64,000 bases of DNA from Mizuhopecten yessoensis (Eukaryota): positions 1,019,469 to 1,083,468 of the forward strand of contig NW_018407282.1 in the NCBI RefSeq assembly GCF_002113885.1, written 5' to 3'. Positions within the stretch are counted from its first letter, which is position 1. Each line of letters starts with the position of its first letter. The notes beneath the pieces were generated by a model. The model saw only the letters and a program-made list of their open reading frames with translations. It was not told where the DNA came from and did no database searches. Positions 61,726 to 64,000 of this stretch are shown in pieces. A program made the position numbers and the translations under genes.

Positions 61726-62677
61726 CAGTTGTGGGATCGCACAGCGTTACACGATGTGTGGTGTGCGCACGATGTGTGCACGGAGTGCGAACGATAAAAA
61801 AAATTGGACGATCATTGCTTGCGCACATTTGTGCGGACGATCGACGAACGTTGTGCGATAACAATCGCAGTTGGTGTAAATTGAGGAATGGCTTAACAAT
61901 AAATACGGTTTCGTGTTTAAACATATACACTTGATTTTTTAGTATGTGTCTATATTCAAGCTACAGTACATCTGTAAGCTTATCTTTCTGTCTATACTTT
62001 CTTAAATTAAGAAATGGTGATTTCGGTGTTGTTTAAAGGACCTTAATCGACACATGTAAAATTACGACACAGTCACGCAACACAGGTAAACATAGCCACT
62101 TTGAACCTGGACCGTAATTTTCCCCCGCCCGGGGCACTTACGTAACTAGCCAAGATGTGAAAAACAGGTGAAGGGGAGTTATAGACCAAAGCAAACGCAA
62201 ATAACAAATATTAATCGTCCTGTTGTGTTTTCATAACAGTCATACGATATCACATATCATCTTTATGTGTCAGACAAAGGCCAGGTAAAACTCCGGTCAC
62301 TCATCAAATTGTTATTTACCTGTTCTGTTACCGAGGAGCCAAACCAATTCCTCACAGTCTAACGGTCACTGTATACTGTGTTACACGCATTGTAAAATTG
62401 TACATAATCTTAATTATGGAGATGAGAGAATTACAGTAAAATATATACAGTGTACATCATTGCATACGAGCCTTTTTTATTTTTGTCATTCCGTAATATT
62501 GATCAACAAATTGTAACAAATCGCACAGTTGTGCGGAGAGAAGCGCACAACGGGGCGAACGATTGTTAAATCGCACAGTTGTGCGCACCATGTGTGGACG
62601 ATGTGCGGACGGTGTGTGAACGATGTATGCACGGTGTGCGCATGGTGTTTTTGGTGCGTTGTGCGGTCACACAACTG
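61726..62677. mobile_element. Second copy of the ~950-bp CAGTTGT MITE
   Basis: CAGTTGTGGGATCGCACAGCG ... CGTTGTGCGGTCACACAACTG|TA. Colinear with 45977-46927; absent at the equivalent site (~31430) of unit 1. Confidence 0.8.
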
Positions 62678-63722
62678 TATGTTACATATATTTCTCCAAA
62701 ATCATGAAGGTTCCCCTTGGTCTATAATTGTGCAAGTATTATTTTGAGACTGATCGCGAGATGGCCGCAGGAGGTCATCTTGGACTTTTTTAAGTACTAA
62801 ACAGACATTTCTCATTTTGCAATGATCTGTTCTTTTTCTTTCACATTAAGTTCTGTAATAGTAAATATATGAAACGACAAAATCACTTTCAAGGCTGTCT
62901 TTTATCCACAGCAGGATGAAGTTTAGATCAAAATTTACCCGAAGGTGCATTTACTGTTTACACGACTCGATCAAACACATAAGAGAACAGAAGAGAAAAG
63001 ATCGAACTGACATAAACCTCATGAAAATAGTACGATGCATATTTTAAAGAGGCGAACAGTTTATAAAAAGTCAAATCGACCAAGACTACGTACTCTAGGC
63101 CAATATGTTAAATATTACAAACTTGCATTCAACTTGGTTTGAGCTAATCAGAACGCAGAATAATTCCGATAAATTAATACGTTAAACTGATGATATTACA
63201 GATTTGATAGAAAAATAAACATTTTGCAATAGTTAAATACCTGAAGTAATTTGAAATCGATCTGTGTGGAGAGTATTTCCTGAATAGCGAAGACGATACA
63301 ATTGTTTTCTTCCAAAAATAACGTTTAATCACCATATAATACTAAGTTGATAATTATATGATACGAAAGAGTTTCAATGTACGGTTGTTTGATGGCCATG
63401 TGTTAAGGTATATCTCAGTAGGTAAACATAAGTGTTTCAAATTTTACAGCATACACAAAGATGAGATCGAATAATTCTTCTAGATACTAAATGGAGTGTT
63501 TGAAGGTTTTCAATTGTTTTCAAAATAGTTGACAGATTTGTTATCGTTTCGGAAAGAATGGTACATGTGATCAGTTGTTTCTCCCGCCACTGTGGTTGGG
63601 AGATAAGCATGTCCCATGCGGAACGCTCGCGTGGGATTAATATAATCTCTTCTTAGGGGTGAGAAAAAGGGTTCTAAACCCGATGGGGAAGATTTTTAAG
63701 TTTCTCTGTTACTTAATCGATT

Positions 63723-64000
63723 AAGAGTGTATCACAGGGGTGAACCATCTAGTCACTTGTCACTAATTCGGCTAGATGTATGTCACAGGGGTGAAACAGC
63801 TAATTCCCTGTTACGGACTCGACTAGGGGTGTTTAACAGGCGTTTACCAGCTATTTCCTTGTTACTTACTCGACTAAGGGTGTATCACAGAGGTGAACAA
63901 GCTATTCCCCTGTTATTAACTCGAAACAATGTCTGTCACACTGGTGAATTAGCTATCCCCCCTTGTTGACTTGGAGAAAATCACAGGGGTGAACTCGCTA
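63723..64000 (+). repeat. 51-bp satellite (unit-2 counterpart of 32460-33370), truncated by the window end
   Basis: Same units and same entry sequence as in unit 1. Confidence 0.85.

Larger units (their letters stand above)
37490..64000 (+). repeat. Tandem segmental duplication, unit 2 (runs off the window)
   Basis: Colinear with unit 1; ends in the same 51-bp satellite. Confidence 0.9.

Noticed and set aside
37490-64000. Haplotype mis-assembly (false duplication)
   Set aside because: Intron and flank divergence is extensive, with several copy-specific insertions, which favours true paralogues. Bivalves are very heterozygous, so read depth should still confirm this.

Overview
AT-rich, intron-containing animal genomic DNA. 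The repeat families resemble those of bivalve molluscs, possibly a scallop, but this is inference. The window is dominated by a head-to-tail tandem duplication (unit 1 ~8950-33400, unit 2 ~37490 to beyond the window end). Each unit holds an intact HELZ2-like gene of 17 coding exons that I spliced by hand (all introns GT-AG, phases consistent; ~2255 and ~2251 aa). The architecture is atypical: acidic N-terminus, TPR-like helical region, RNB (RNase II/DIS3) 3'-5' exonuclease with a canonical DPxxxxDLDD site, and a single UPF1-like SF1 helicase. Both copies keep a cluster of ISRE/IRF elements (GAAACCGAAAGT x2 plus others) just upstream, suggesting an invertebrate interferon-like, inducible RNA-degrading effector pair that is diversifying. 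The rest is a mobile-element landscape: a CR1-type LINE 3' end, V-domain-like tRNA SINEs, a composite Meta-type SINE with a pseudoknot-like head, a tRNA-containing TRIM (Helenus-like), HINE/Helentron-type elements, a Kolobok-type element with a decayed exon, TA-flanked MITEs, and 17/35-bp and 51-bp satellites. The 17-bp unit is nearly identical to the adjacent splice donor.
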